From Rhodanobacteraceae bacterium (GTDB lineage Bacteria; Pseudomonadota; Gammaproteobacteria; Xanthomonadales; Rhodanobacteraceae), in contig DASTIS010000230.1 in assembly GCA_035717365.1 (NCBI GenBank), forward strand, positions 11,923-75,922: a stretch of DNA of 64,000 nt, read 5' to 3'. Both the position numbers and the translations under genes were made by a program. A model generated the notes under the pieces. It was not told the origin of the DNA, did not search any database, and saw nothing but the letters and a program-made list of their open reading frames with translations. Positions 38,562 through 47,225 of the stretch are shown here, piece by piece (position 1 is the stretch's first letter; each line of letters starts with the position of its first letter).

Positions 38562-39614
38562 TTATGATCCCGGTGTCGGCGACGACGGAGAATCCTTGAG
38601 CGACGCCAGCGCATCGCGCATGGTGTCGCTGTTGGCGATGGCGGTCAGCTTGTTGGCATAGTCCGGGTCGGTGGCATAGCCGGCGCGATGCAGGGCGCGT
38701 GCGAAGCTGGCGACGTCCTCGCCGTGTCCGAGCGCGTCGGCGTAGCGAGGATTTCCGGTCAGCATCCGCGCGTAGTCGGCGAACGACCGAGCCGGCCCGG
38801 CATAGGCACGGAAGGCGGCGTTGCTGCGGACCGCCACGCCGTCCTTGAACTCGAGGGTGGGCACGTTGGCGTATTTGCCGTGCCAGCTCCCGCCGGCCTT
38901 GATGCCGAACAGGTTGAAGCTGTTGCTGCCGTCGGCCTGGTGTGGCATGTGCTTGCCCCAGCCGGTTTCCAATGCCGCCTGGGCGAGGACCGCGCGGACG
39001 CTTACGCCCAGTTTGTGTGCCACGGCCTGCGCGTAAGGCGCCAGCTTCTGGACGAAATCGTCGGGGCCGGAAAACACCCACTTCTGTGCCGCGTGCAATG
39101 CATCGAGTCCGGCCGTCTTCGCAAAATCGAGGACGCGGTCGAAAACGCTGTCGGTGGCGTCCGCACCGTTCGCGGCATTCGCGATGCCCCCTGTCGGGAA
39201 CATGGCGGCCGGCATGGCGGAGGCGGTTGGAAGCGTGCGTGCTGCGAGCAGTCGTGGTGACAGCGCGGTGGGATCGGTGGTCGCTGTCGCCGAACCCTGC
39301 GCATTGCCGCCGAGTTGGCGGACCAGCATCGCGGCGATGCCCAGGCCCTTGCCATCGTTGGCGAGCGACAGCGCGAGCTGGTTGTCGAACATGCCGCGCC
39401 ACTGGTCCGACTGCGCGCTGTCGAGAATGCCGCCGCCGAAGCTGGCCTGGCGCATGGACTTGATCAGCATTCGCGCGAACACTGCCTCGAACTGGCGTGC
39501 CACGGTGGGCAGCGCCGCCTTGCCGTCATCGCGCGCCGCACGGGCCAGGCCGGACAATCCCTGGATGTCGGTCCAGGTGTCCGGTCCGCGCACGGGCAGG
39601 CGAGGCGCATCCAT
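38562..39614 (-). CDS. flgJ: Rod-cap/peptidoglycan hydrolase FlgJ
   Basis: The ATG at 39614 overlaps the flgI stop. The N-terminal rod-binding domain reads ARQFEAVFARMLIKSMRQA. The C-terminal glucosaminidase-type domain reads AALETGWGKH...FNLFGIKA...FRAYAGPARSFADYARML. Confidence 0.92.
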   Translation of the reverse strand: MDAPRLPVRGPDTWTDIQGLSGLARAARDDGKAALPTVARQFEAVFARMLIKSMRQASFGGGILDSAQSDQWRGMFDNQLALSLANDGKGLGIAAMLVRQLGGNAQGSATATTDPTALSPRLLAARTLPTASAMPAAMFPTGGIANAANGADATDSVFDRVLDFAKTAGLDALHAAQKWVFSGPDDFVQKLAPYAQAVAHKLGVSVRAVLAQAALETGWGKHMPHQADGSNSFNLFGIKAGGSWHGKYANVPTLEFKDGVAVRSNAAFRAYAGPARSFADYARMLTGNPRYADALGHGEDVASFARALHRAGYATDPDYANKLTAIANSDTMRDALASLKDSPSSPTPGS

Positions 39615-40789
39615 CAGATCACCACCAGATCGGCGTGCAGTGCGCCCGCTTGCTTGAGGGCTTGCAGAATGGCAATGAGGTCGTTGGGCGATGCGCCGAC
39701 CTGGTTCACCGCGTGCACGATCTGGTCCAGGCTGACGCCCGGGCCGAATTTGAACATGTGGCCGCCGTGCTCGGCGATCTTCACGTTGCTGCTGGGCACG
39801 ATGGCGGTCTGGCCCTTGCTGAACGGCGCCGGCTGGCTGACCAGCGGCTGCTCGCCGATGCTGACTTCGATCGAGCCGTGGGCGACGGCAGCGGCGCTGA
39901 CCTTGACGTCCGATCCGATCACCACGGTGCCGGTGCGCGAATTGACGATGACGCGCGCAGGCGCTTCCCCCGGCGTGACGTCCAGGTTCTGGATACCGGC
40001 GATCCACGACACGCGTTGGGTCGGATCCAGCGGTGCGCGCACCTGCACCGACACCGCGTCGTTCGCCTGTGCGGTGCCGGCGCCGAAACGGTCGTTGATG
40101 GCCTGGGCCACGCGATTGGCGGTGGTGAAGTCCGGGGTGTTGAGGTTCAGCGTCAGACTGCCGGAGCCGTTGAAGTTGGACGCCACCGTGCGTTCCACCG
40201 TAGCGCCATTGGGGATGCGCCCTGTCGAGGAGATGTTCACCTGCACGCTGGAGCCGCTCTGGCCCTGGGCATTGATGCCGCCGACCAGCACGCTACCCTG
40301 GGCGATCGCGTAGGTGTTGCCGTCGGCGCCGCGCAATTGCGTCATCAGCAATTGGCCCCCGCGCAGGCTCTTGGCGTTGCCGATCGAGGCCACGGTCACG
40401 TCGATGGCCTGGCCGGGCTTGGAGAACGCCGGCAGCGACGCCGTGACCATCACCGCGGCGGCATTGCGCAATTGCGGGCGCACGTTGGCGGGCACGGTCA
40501 CGCCGAACTGCTGCAGCATGTTCTCGAGGCTCTGGGTGGTGAAAGGCGCCTGGCTGGTCTGGTCGCCGCTGCCCTCCAGACCCACTACCAGGCCGTAGCC
40601 GATCAACTGGTTGCTGCGCACGCCGGCAATCTGCGCGAGGTCGCCGATGCGTTCGGCGTGCGCTGAGGGCGCCACCATGGCCAGCGCGACCAGCAGCAAC
40701 CAGGCAACGATGGCGCACCAGCGTACGCGCCAATCCGTGCGCGGTGCGCGGACGAGCTGCATGTGACGGGTGTGAATCTGCGTGCTCAT
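39614..40789 (-). CDS. flgI: Flagellar P-ring protein FlgI
   Basis: The ATG at 40789 overlaps the flgH stop (ATGA). The signal peptide ends ...APSAHA. The mature protein reads [32 protein letters not shown]. An alternative ATG at 40762 is possible. Confidence 0.95.
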   Translation of the reverse strand: MSTQIHTRHMQLVRAPRTDWRVRWCAIVAWLLLVALAMVAPSAHAERIGDLAQIAGVRSNQLIGYGLVVGLEGSGDQTSQAPFTTQSLENMLQQFGVTVPANVRPQLRNAAAVMVTASLPAFSKPGQAIDVTVASIGNAKSLRGGQLLMTQLRGADGNTYAIAQGSVLVGGINAQGQSGSSVQVNISSTGRIPNGATVERTVASNFNGSGSLTLNLNTPDFTTANRVAQAINDRFGAGTAQANDAVSVQVRAPLDPTQRVSWIAGIQNLDVTPGEAPARVIVNSRTGTVVIGSDVKVSAAAVAHGSIEVSIGEQPLVSQPAPFSKGQTAIVPSSNVKIAEHGGHMFKFGPGVSLDQIVHAVNQVGASPNDLIAILQALKQAGALHADLVVI

Positions 40790-41469
40790 CAGAACGGCAT
40801 CCACTTGGAGTTGAAGAAGCGCGACAGCCAGCCTTGGGTGTTGGCGTCAGCCAGCGAGCCGCTGCCGGTATACGTGATCTGGGCGTTGGCGATGCGAGTG
40901 GACAGGATGGTGTTGCCCGGCCCGATGTCCTGGGGTCGCGCGATCCCCGCAATGCGCACCAGTTCGCGGCCCTGGTTGATGGTCAGCCACTTCTCGCCGC
41001 GCAGCACGAGGTTGCCGTTGGCCAGGCGCTGCGCCACCGTCACCGTGATCTGGCCGTTCAACTGGTTGCTCTGGCTGCTGGAACCGGAACCGTCGAAACC
41101 GCGATCGCCCGAAAGGCTGGCGATCTTGCCGCCATTGAGGGGAAAGGCCTTGCCCCAGAGGGTGGCTGCGCCGAGATCGGCACTGTCCTTCTTCGACGTC
41201 GTGGTCTGGGCCTTCTTGCTGGCCTGGGTGTTCTCGGCCAGCACGATGGTGACGATGTCGCCGACGCGGTGCGCGCGCGGGTCGGCGAACAGTTCCATGG
41301 AGTTGGTGTCGTGGTAGATGGCGCCGTCCGCCGGCGGCGGCGCCGACTGGGCGACGGGCATGGTGGGCGCCCACTCCGGATCGACGCGTGGCGCATTGCT
41401 GGCGCAACCGACCAGGGTGGCGACGGCGACCAGTGGCAAAAGGATGTGGACGAGGCGCGAATTGGTCAT
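40789..41469 (-). CDS. flgH: Flagellar L-ring lipoprotein FlgH
   Basis: 226 aa from the ATG at 41469. The lipobox is [10 protein letters not shown] conserved block is [17 protein letters not shown]...[27 protein letters not shown]. The remaining 258 codons of the track ORF overlap flgG out of frame. Confidence 0.95.
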   Translation of the reverse strand: MTNSRLVHILLPLVAVATLVGCASNAPRVDPEWAPTMPVAQSAPPPADGAIYHDTNSMELFADPRAHRVGDIVTIVLAENTQASKKAQTTTSKKDSADLGAATLWGKAFPLNGGKIASLSGDRGFDGSGSSSQSNQLNGQITVTVAQRLANGNLVLRGEKWLTINQGRELVRIAGIARPQDIGPGNTILSTRIANAQITYTGSGSLADANTQGWLSRFFNSKWMPF

Positions 41470-41471
41470 GG

Positions 41472-42257
41472 TCAGAGCTTGTTGGTGAGGTTCTGCAGCA
41501 TGGAATCGGTGGCCGAGATCGCCTTCGAATTCATCTCGTAGGCGCGCTGGGTCTCGATCATGTTGACCAGCGCCTCGACCACGTTGACGTTGGAGGTTTC
41601 CAGCGAACCCTGTTCCAGCGTGCCCATGCCGTTCAAGCCCGGCTGGCCGATCTGTGGCGCGCCGCTGGACGCGGTTTCGACGTAGAGGTTGTCGCCCGTC
41701 GGCTGCAGGCCCGCGGGGTTGATGAAGTCCGCCATCTGCAGCGTACCCACCTGGGTCGGCGCGTTCTGGCCCGGCATGGTGACGCTGACGGTGCCGTCGC
41801 TGCCGATCGTCACCGCCTGCGCGTTGGGCGGCAAGGTGATGGCCGGGTTCAGGGGATTGCCGCTGGCAGTCACCAGTTGTCCGTCGCTGCTCAGGTGCAA
41901 CGAACCGTCGCGGGTGTAGGCGATCGAGCCGTCGGGCATCGACACCTGCAGGAAGCCGCGCCCCCGGATCGCGACATCGAGCGCATTGCCGGTCTGGGTG
42001 AGGTTGCCTTGCGTGAAGAGTTTCTCGGTGCCGACCACGCGCACGCCCGTTCCCAGCATCAGGCCCGAGGGCGATTGCGTCTGCTGGCTGGTCTGGCCGC
42101 CCGGCTGGCGCACGTTCTGGTAAACCAGGTCCTGGAACGAAGCGCGTGAACTCTTGAAACCGGTGGTATTGACGTTGGCCAGGTTGTTGGAGATGACCTC
42201 CATGCGCGTCTGCTGCGCGTCCAGCCCGGTCTTGGCGACCCACAGTGCGGAAAACAT
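41472..42257 (-). CDS. flgG: Distal rod protein FlgG
   Basis: 261 aa from the ATG at 42257: [35 protein letters not shown]...[25 protein letters not shown]. Confidence 0.96.
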   Translation of the reverse strand: MFSALWVAKTGLDAQQTRMEVISNNLANVNTTGFKSSRASFQDLVYQNVRQPGGQTSQQTQSPSGLMLGTGVRVVGTEKLFTQGNLTQTGNALDVAIRGRGFLQVSMPDGSIAYTRDGSLHLSSDGQLVTASGNPLNPAITLPPNAQAVTIGSDGTVSVTMPGQNAPTQVGTLQMADFINPAGLQPTGDNLYVETASSGAPQIGQPGLNGMGTLEQGSLETSNVNVVEALVNMIETQRAYEMNSKAISATDSMLQNLTNKL

Positions 42258-42322
42258 CGGGTTACTCCTTCGCCGCGCAGCGGCGTGTTGCAAGCGGTTG
42301 GAAACGGAATGCGGGGGTCATG

Positions 42323-43063
42323 TCAGGTGGCCTGCAGCAGTTGGCTGGCGGCCTGCGCGTTTTGGTCGGCGTTGTGGATGGCCTGTATCTGCATCTCGAA
42401 TTGGCGCGACAGTTCGATCATCTTCACCAGCGCGGTGGATGGATTGACGTTGCTGCCCTCGAGCACGCCCGCGGCCAGGCGCACGCTGGCGTCGGCCGGT
42501 GCGCGGCCGCCGTTGGCGAGGTGCATCAGGCCGTCGCTGTCCTGCCGGAGCTGGTCGACAGGCGGGTTGACCAGGCGGATTCGATCGACGGTGACGAGGG
42601 TGTCGGGCCTCTCGCCCAGCGGCACCACCGACACCGTGCCGTCGGCACCGATGTCGACGTGCGAGGCGGGTGGCAACGTGATCGGGCCGCCGTCGCCCAG
42701 CACCGGGTCGCCGCGTGCGTCGGTGAGCATGCCATCGGACGTCAGTTGCAGGTTGCCGGCGCGGGTGTAGCCCTCGCTGCCGTCGGGGCTTTGCACCGTG
42801 ATCCAGCCTTGGCCCTGCACGGCAACATCGAGGTCGCGTCCGGTGGTCGAGAGCGTGCCGGCGGAAAAGTCGTGGCCGCTGCCGCGCGCCACCGCGTTGA
42901 TGCGCGTGGGCAACCCTTCGCCCAATACCGGCAGGTCGCGGAAGGCGCCCAGTTCCGCCTTGAACCCGACGGTCGAGGCATTGGCGAGGTTGTGGCTGAC
43001 TTCGGTCTGCGCCCGAAGGATTTGCGAGGCGCCGGTCATTGCGACGTAGAGCGAGCGATCCAT
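42323..43063 (-). CDS. flgF: Proximal rod protein FlgF
   Basis: 246 aa: MDRSLYVAMTGASQILRAQTEVSHNLANASTVGFK...LVKMIELSRQFEMQ. Confidence 0.95.
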   Translation of the reverse strand: MDRSLYVAMTGASQILRAQTEVSHNLANASTVGFKAELGAFRDLPVLGEGLPTRINAVARGSGHDFSAGTLSTTGRDLDVAVQGQGWITVQSPDGSEGYTRAGNLQLTSDGMLTDARGDPVLGDGGPITLPPASHVDIGADGTVSVVPLGERPDTLVTVDRIRLVNPPVDQLRQDSDGLMHLANGGRAPADASVRLAAGVLEGSNVNPSTALVKMIELSRQFEMQIQAIHNADQNAQAASQLLQAT

Positions 43064-43090
43064 GGGAATTCCTCAGGTCGAGGGGTCTCG

Positions 43091-44311
43091 TCAGTTGCGG
43101 ATGTTGATGACGGTCTGCACCATCTTGTCGTCGGTGGAGATCACCTGGGCATTGGCCTGGTAGTTGCGCTGGGCCTTGATCATGTTGACCAGCTGTGCGG
43201 TCAGGTCGGACGTGTTGGAGGCTTCCAGCGCGCCGGACTGGATCGTGCCGAACTTGCCGCTGCCGGCGCTGCCGCGCACAGCCTGGCCGGATTCGTAGCT
43301 TTCGGCCCAACTGGTATCGCCGAGTTGGCGCAGGCCCTGGCGGTCGGCGAAGTCGGCGAGGGCGAGCTGGCCCAGGGGTTTGGACTGGCCATTGGAGAAG
43401 TTCGCGGACACCACGCCGTCGGCAGACACGTCGATGTTCGACAGTTTTCCGGCCGGGAAGCCATCCTGGTTGACCGCGCCGGCGGAGAAGTTGGTGCCGA
43501 ACTGTGTGGCCTGCGACATATCCATGGTCAGCTGGATCGGATCGGTGCCCGGGCTGACCGTGACCGGATTGAAGCTCAGCTTGCCGTTGGCAGGGGTCGC
43601 CAGCGAACCATTGCTGGAGAAGGCCATGGTGGCGGTACCGGCGTTTTGCCCATCCACCATCAGGTTGACCTGCCACTCGTTGGGCGTGGCGGTCTTGACG
43701 TAATAAGCGGTGGCGTTGTGCTCGCCGCCCTGCGAATCGTAAATCGTGAACGGCGTGGCCTGGTTGAAGCTGGTGGGATCGGCGGGATCGAACGGGGAGC
43801 TCGTCGGCACGGTAGCCCCGGCCGGCAGGTTGAAGGCAATCAGGACGTTGCCGGTGGCCTTCGCCTGGCTTTGCGACGTGACCAGTTGCAGGTCATTCAT
43901 GGTGCTGATGTCGAAGCCGCCCGCGCCGTTGGGCGGGAACACCTGCAGGCGCCGGCCATCCGGGGTGACGACGTAGCCGTCCTTGTCCTGCTGGAAGTTC
44001 CCGGCACGGGTGTAGGCGATGCCATCGTCGCCCTTGACGGTGAAGAAGCCGTTCCCGCTGATGGCCATGTCGAGCGTGTTCTGGGTGTACTCGATATTGC
44101 CGTTCCCGAATTGTTGGGTGACGCCGGTGAGGCGCACGCCGCTGCCGATGGCGGTGTTGCTGAGGTTGGCGCCGGTCGTGGAGAACACGTCGGCGAAATC
44201 GGCGCGCGAGCCCTTGAATCCGGCGGTGTTGGTGTTGGCGATGTTGTTGGCGGTAACCTCGAGGTCCGAGGAGGCCGCATTGAGTCCGCTCAGGGCGATG
44301 TTGAAGGGCAT
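43091..44311 (-). CDS. flgE: Flagellar hook protein FlgE
   Basis: 406 aa: MPFNIALSGLNAASSDLEVTANNIANTNTAGFK...LEASNTSDLTAQLVNMIKAQRNYQANAQVIST. Confidence 0.96.
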   Translation of the reverse strand: MPFNIALSGLNAASSDLEVTANNIANTNTAGFKGSRADFADVFSTTGANLSNTAIGSGVRLTGVTQQFGNGNIEYTQNTLDMAISGNGFFTVKGDDGIAYTRAGNFQQDKDGYVVTPDGRRLQVFPPNGAGGFDISTMNDLQLVTSQSQAKATGNVLIAFNLPAGATVPTSSPFDPADPTSFNQATPFTIYDSQGGEHNATAYYVKTATPNEWQVNLMVDGQNAGTATMAFSSNGSLATPANGKLSFNPVTVSPGTDPIQLTMDMSQATQFGTNFSAGAVNQDGFPAGKLSNIDVSADGVVSANFSNGQSKPLGQLALADFADRQGLRQLGDTSWAESYESGQAVRGSAGSGKFGTIQSGALEASNTSDLTAQLVNMIKAQRNYQANAQVISTDDKMVQTVINIRN

Positions 44312-44332
44312 GTCTGGTTGCTCCGGTTGAGG

Positions 44333-44995
44333 TCAGAGGATTTGCGCGATCTGGTTGAGTGACACATCGCCCACCCCGTCCACCAGCAGGTTGGCGCCGG
44401 TGCTCGTGGTATCGATGCCCGCCACCTGTCCGCCGACATAGGTGGTGAGCGGGGCGTTGGCGCTGCCGGCGGACAAGGTGTAAAGCCCGGCCGGAACGGG
44501 CTTGCCGTCGGCATCCAGTCCGTCCCACTGGAATCCGGCGAGTCCGCCCGGTTGCGCACCGAGGTCAATCGTGCGCACGGTGTTCCCGTTGGCGTCCGCG
44601 ATCGAAACGCGCACGTCGTCGGATGCGCCCGGCACGTTGACGGCGCCGGTCACGCCAGCGGCCGTGCCGCCGCCGATGGCGACATGGCTGGAGGGCACCA
44701 GCACCTGGCGGCCGATGAGGTCGGATGCACGCAGGACCTGATCGCTCTGCAACGATGTCGCGAGCTGGTCGAACGACGTCTGCATCTGCTGGGTGGCGGC
44801 GATCTGGCTGAATTGCGCCAGTTGGCCCACGAACTGGGTGCTGTCCATCGGCTTGGTGGGATCCTGCGCGCGGTACTGCTCGACCATCAGTTTCAGGAAG
44901 TCCTGCTGGGTAAGCTGCTGGCCGGACAGGGTGGCCGCCGCGGTCAGGGGTGAGCTGCTGCCGGTGACGCCGTTGAGATCGTTCATCGTGGTCAT
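44333..44995 (-). CDS. flgD: Hook cap/scaffold protein FlgD
   Basis: 220 aa from the ATG at 44995 (ATGA overlap with the flgC stop). A conserved block is QDFLKLMVEQYRAQDPTKPMDSTQFVGQLAQFSQ. The C-domain is FlgD Ig-like. Confidence 0.94.
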   Translation of the reverse strand: MTTMNDLNGVTGSSSPLTAAATLSGQQLTQQDFLKLMVEQYRAQDPTKPMDSTQFVGQLAQFSQIAATQQMQTSFDQLATSLQSDQVLRASDLIGRQVLVPSSHVAIGGGTAAGVTGAVNVPGASDDVRVSIADANGNTVRTIDLGAQPGGLAGFQWDGLDADGKPVPAGLYTLSAGSANAPLTTYVGGQVAGIDTTSTGANLLVDGVGDVSLNQIAQIL

Positions 44996-45420
44996 TTCCC
45001 GAGGTCGAGGGTCTTGAGCATCAACTGCTTGGCGCTGTTCATCACTTCCACGTCGTTCTGGTACGAGCGCGACGCGGAAATCATGTTCACCAGCTCGTCG
45101 ATGGGATTGACGTTGCTGCCGTAGACGTAACCGTTGGCGTCGGCCATTGGATTGCCGGGTTCGTAGTGGCTTGGAATCGCGGCCTGGCTTTCGGTGACGC
45201 CGGTCACGCGCACGCCGACCGCGGCTTCGCTGGCAGTGCCGACTTCGCCCGCCATGGCGGCGTGCACCGCGGCGAACAGCGGTTCGCGCGCACGGTAGGC
45301 CTCCTCCGGACTGCTGGCCACGCTGTTGGCGTTTGCGAGATTGCTGGCGGTAGTGTTGAGGCGCAGCGATTGGGCCGCCATGCCGGAGCCGGCAATATCG
45401 AATACCTTGAACATCGACAT
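44992..45420 (-). CDS. flgC: Proximal rod protein FlgC
   Basis: 142 aa from the ATG at 45420: MSMFKVFDIAGSGMAAQSLRLNTTASNLANANS...VNMISASRSYQNDVEVMNSAKQL. Confidence 0.96.
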   Translation of the reverse strand: MSMFKVFDIAGSGMAAQSLRLNTTASNLANANSVASSPEEAYRAREPLFAAVHAAMAGEVGTASEAAVGVRVTGVTESQAAIPSHYEPGNPMADANGYVYGSNVNPIDELVNMISASRSYQNDVEVMNSAKQLMLKTLDLGK

Positions 45421-45830
45421 CAGCCGCCACCTCCGGTGATGGCCGTGCGCAGCATGCGGATTTGTGCGGTGATGAAGGTCAGGCTGGCCTGGTAGTGAAC
45501 GCTGTTGGCAGCGTAGGCGGCCTGCTCGACCTGCGTGTCGACCGTGTTGCCGTCCATGCTTGGCTGCAGCGGCACGCGCCACTCCAGCGGAATGTTTCCT
45601 GTCGGGGTGCTTCCGTTGCTACTGGCCTGGCCAGAGCTGGGTGCCGCGAGTTGCAGGTTCGCGTCGTTGCCGCCGGCCTCGGCGAGCACCTTGCGAAAAT
45701 CCACGTCGCGCGCCTTGTAGTCGGGCGTATCGGCATTGGCGAGGTTGTCGGCGATGGCTTCCGCACGTCGCTGCCACACGCCAAGCGCGCGGGCATGGAT
45801 GCCGAACAACGGATCGGATGGGCTGCTCAT
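45420..45830 (-). CDS. flgB: Proximal rod protein FlgB
   Basis: 136 aa: ...QRRAEAIADNLANADTPDYKARDVDF...DGNTVDTQVEQAAYAANSVHYQASL. Confidence 0.94.
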   Translation of the reverse strand: MSSPSDPLFGIHARALGVWQRRAEAIADNLANADTPDYKARDVDFRKVLAEAGGNDANLQLAAPSSGQASSNGSTPTGNIPLEWRVPLQPSMDGNTVDTQVEQAAYAANSVHYQASLTFITAQIRMLRTAITGGGG

Positions 45831-45862
45831 GCTGGCTCCACGAAGTGTGTCCAGCCCGAAGC

Positions 45863-45878
45863 AGCAATATGTGTGCCA
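45863..45878 (-). promoter_or_regulatory. Sigma-54 promoter motif for the flgB operon
   Basis: The minus strand reads TGGCACACATATTGCT (perfect consensus), 32 nt upstream of the flgB ATG, with GGAG before the start. Confidence 0.8.
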
Positions 45879-45990
45879 GTCGCAGGAAAGTTAGTTGGAA
45901 TGCGGGTTTCCGCGCGAAATGCGCGATCCCCGACGTGGCCACGGCGGCAAGATTCTGCCGCCGTGGCGGAAGCTTGCCGCCGGCGGCGAC

Positions 45991-46034
45991 AAAAACCCGA
46001 CGGGCGCAGCAACCTCTGCATCGCCTGCCGGGTT
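45991..46034 (-). terminator. Intrinsic terminator-like hairpin after cheV
   Basis: The minus strand reads AACCCGGCAGGCG-(15 nt loop)-CGCCCGTCGGGTTTTTG. The 13-bp stem has one mismatch and one G-U pair and runs into a T5 tract, about 50 nt after the cheV stop. Confidence 0.5.
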
Positions 46035-46082
46035 TCGACGCGGCGCAATTCGCTCGCGGTCGTGGTGGGTTCCGGAACGTTG

Positions 46083-47003
46083 TCAGTCCGACGGCGCGGG
46101 CAACAGCTCCAGGATGGTCGTCGCCAGCACGTCCGGCTGGAACTTGGCGACGAAGCGATCGGCGCCGACGCCGGCGACCATGGCTTCGTTGAATACGCCG
46201 CTCAACGAACTGTGCAGCAATACTTTCAACCCGCGCCAGGCACTGTTGGCGCGGATCTCGCGCACCAGCGCGTAACCGTCGAGCTTGGGCATTTCGATGT
46301 CCGAGATCACCAGGTCGAAGCGTTCTCCTTTGCGGGCCGACGATTCCAGCATCTCCAGCGCCTCGGCGCCGTTGCGGACCATGACGCATTCGACGTGCAG
46401 TTGCTGCAGCGTGGCATTCAATTGCATGCGCGCCACCGCCGAATCGTCGGCCACCAGCACGCGACGCTGCGGTTGTCCGGACTGGCTGGCGCTGCGCTGC
46501 AGGCGCGGCGATATCTCGGACTGCCGCTGCGCGATGCCGTCGAGGATCTGCTCGACGTCAATTACCGCCAGCAGCGTGCCGTCGGTGCGCGCAATGGCGT
46601 TGACGCGCGGACCGAAACCCAGTTCCGGGGACGGCGCGGCCATGTCGGCGCCGTCGTAGTGGGCGATACGCTCCACCTGCGAAACGAGGAATGCCTGTAC
46701 GCCGAGACTGAACTCGGTGACGATCACGGTGGCCGCCGGCTCGTTCAGCAAGGGCGGGTAGGCCATCGCTTCGGCAAGGTCGATGACCGGGATGGTGTCG
46801 CCGCGATAGTCGAAGCTGCCGGCCAGCAACGGGTGCATGCTCGGCATGTGTTCCATCGGCGGCCGCCGCATCACTTCGCGCACCTTGAATACGTTGATGC
46901 CGAAGATCTGCGGGCCGCCCAGATGGAACGTGAGGATCGCCATGCGGTTGTGGCCGGCAAGGCGGGTGAACTGCTCGACCTTCTGGAGAACGCTCGTTGG
47001 CAT
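46083..47003 (-). CDS. cheV: CheV (CheW-like domain fused to a REC domain)
   Basis: 306 aa from the ATG at 47003. It reads MPTSVLQKVEQFTRLAGHNRMAILTFHLGGPQIFGINVFKVREV (CheW-like), then VLVADDSAVARMQL...LVISDIEMPKLDGYAL (REC). The remaining 500 codons of the 806-aa track ORF are antisense to the MCP-like gene. Confidence 0.93.
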   Translation of the reverse strand: MPTSVLQKVEQFTRLAGHNRMAILTFHLGGPQIFGINVFKVREVMRRPPMEHMPSMHPLLAGSFDYRGDTIPVIDLAEAMAYPPLLNEPAATVIVTEFSLGVQAFLVSQVERIAHYDGADMAAPSPELGFGPRVNAIARTDGTLLAVIDVEQILDGIAQRQSEISPRLQRSASQSGQPQRRVLVADDSAVARMQLNATLQQLHVECVMVRNGAEALEMLESSARKGERFDLVISDIEMPKLDGYALVREIRANSAWRGLKVLLHSSLSGVFNEAMVAGVGADRFVAKFQPDVLATTILELLPAPSD

Positions 47004-47032
47004 CGATGCATTGCGAAGGAATACCAGCCCGG

Positions 47033-47059
47033 TGATCGGCCGGGAGCGCGGAATCTTGA
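47033..47059 (-). promoter_or_regulatory. Sigma-28 (FliA) promoter motif for cheV
   Basis: The minus strand reads TCAAGATT-CCGCGCTCCCG-GCCGATCA, about 30 nt upstream of the cheV ATG. Confidence 0.7.
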
Positions 47060-47115
47060 GCAATGGAGCGACGGCCGGCGCGAGTCGCGCGGTGACAGGC
47101 ACGTGTCCGGATTCG

Positions 47116-47131
47116 TGGCACGCAGCTTGCT
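47116..47131 (+). promoter_or_regulatory. Sigma-54 promoter motif for the MCP-like/flgA operon
   Basis: The plus strand reads TGGCACGCAGCTTGCT (perfect consensus), 94 nt upstream of the ATG at 47226. Confidence 0.7.
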
Positions 47132-47136
47132 TTGAG

Positions 47137-47163
47137 TCAAGTCGTGCGGTGATCTGCCGATGC
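47137..47163 (+). promoter_or_regulatory. Sigma-28 (FliA) promoter motif, tandem to the sigma-54 motif
   Basis: The plus strand reads TCAAGTCG-TGCGGTGATCT-GCCGATGC. It starts 6 nt after the sigma-54 motif and lies about 62 nt upstream of the ATG at 47226. Confidence 0.55.
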
Positions 47164-47225
47164 AGTGGCGGATATCTCGTCGGCATCGCCGACGTCGACT
47201 TGGGTTTCAGGAGTAACGCGCGATC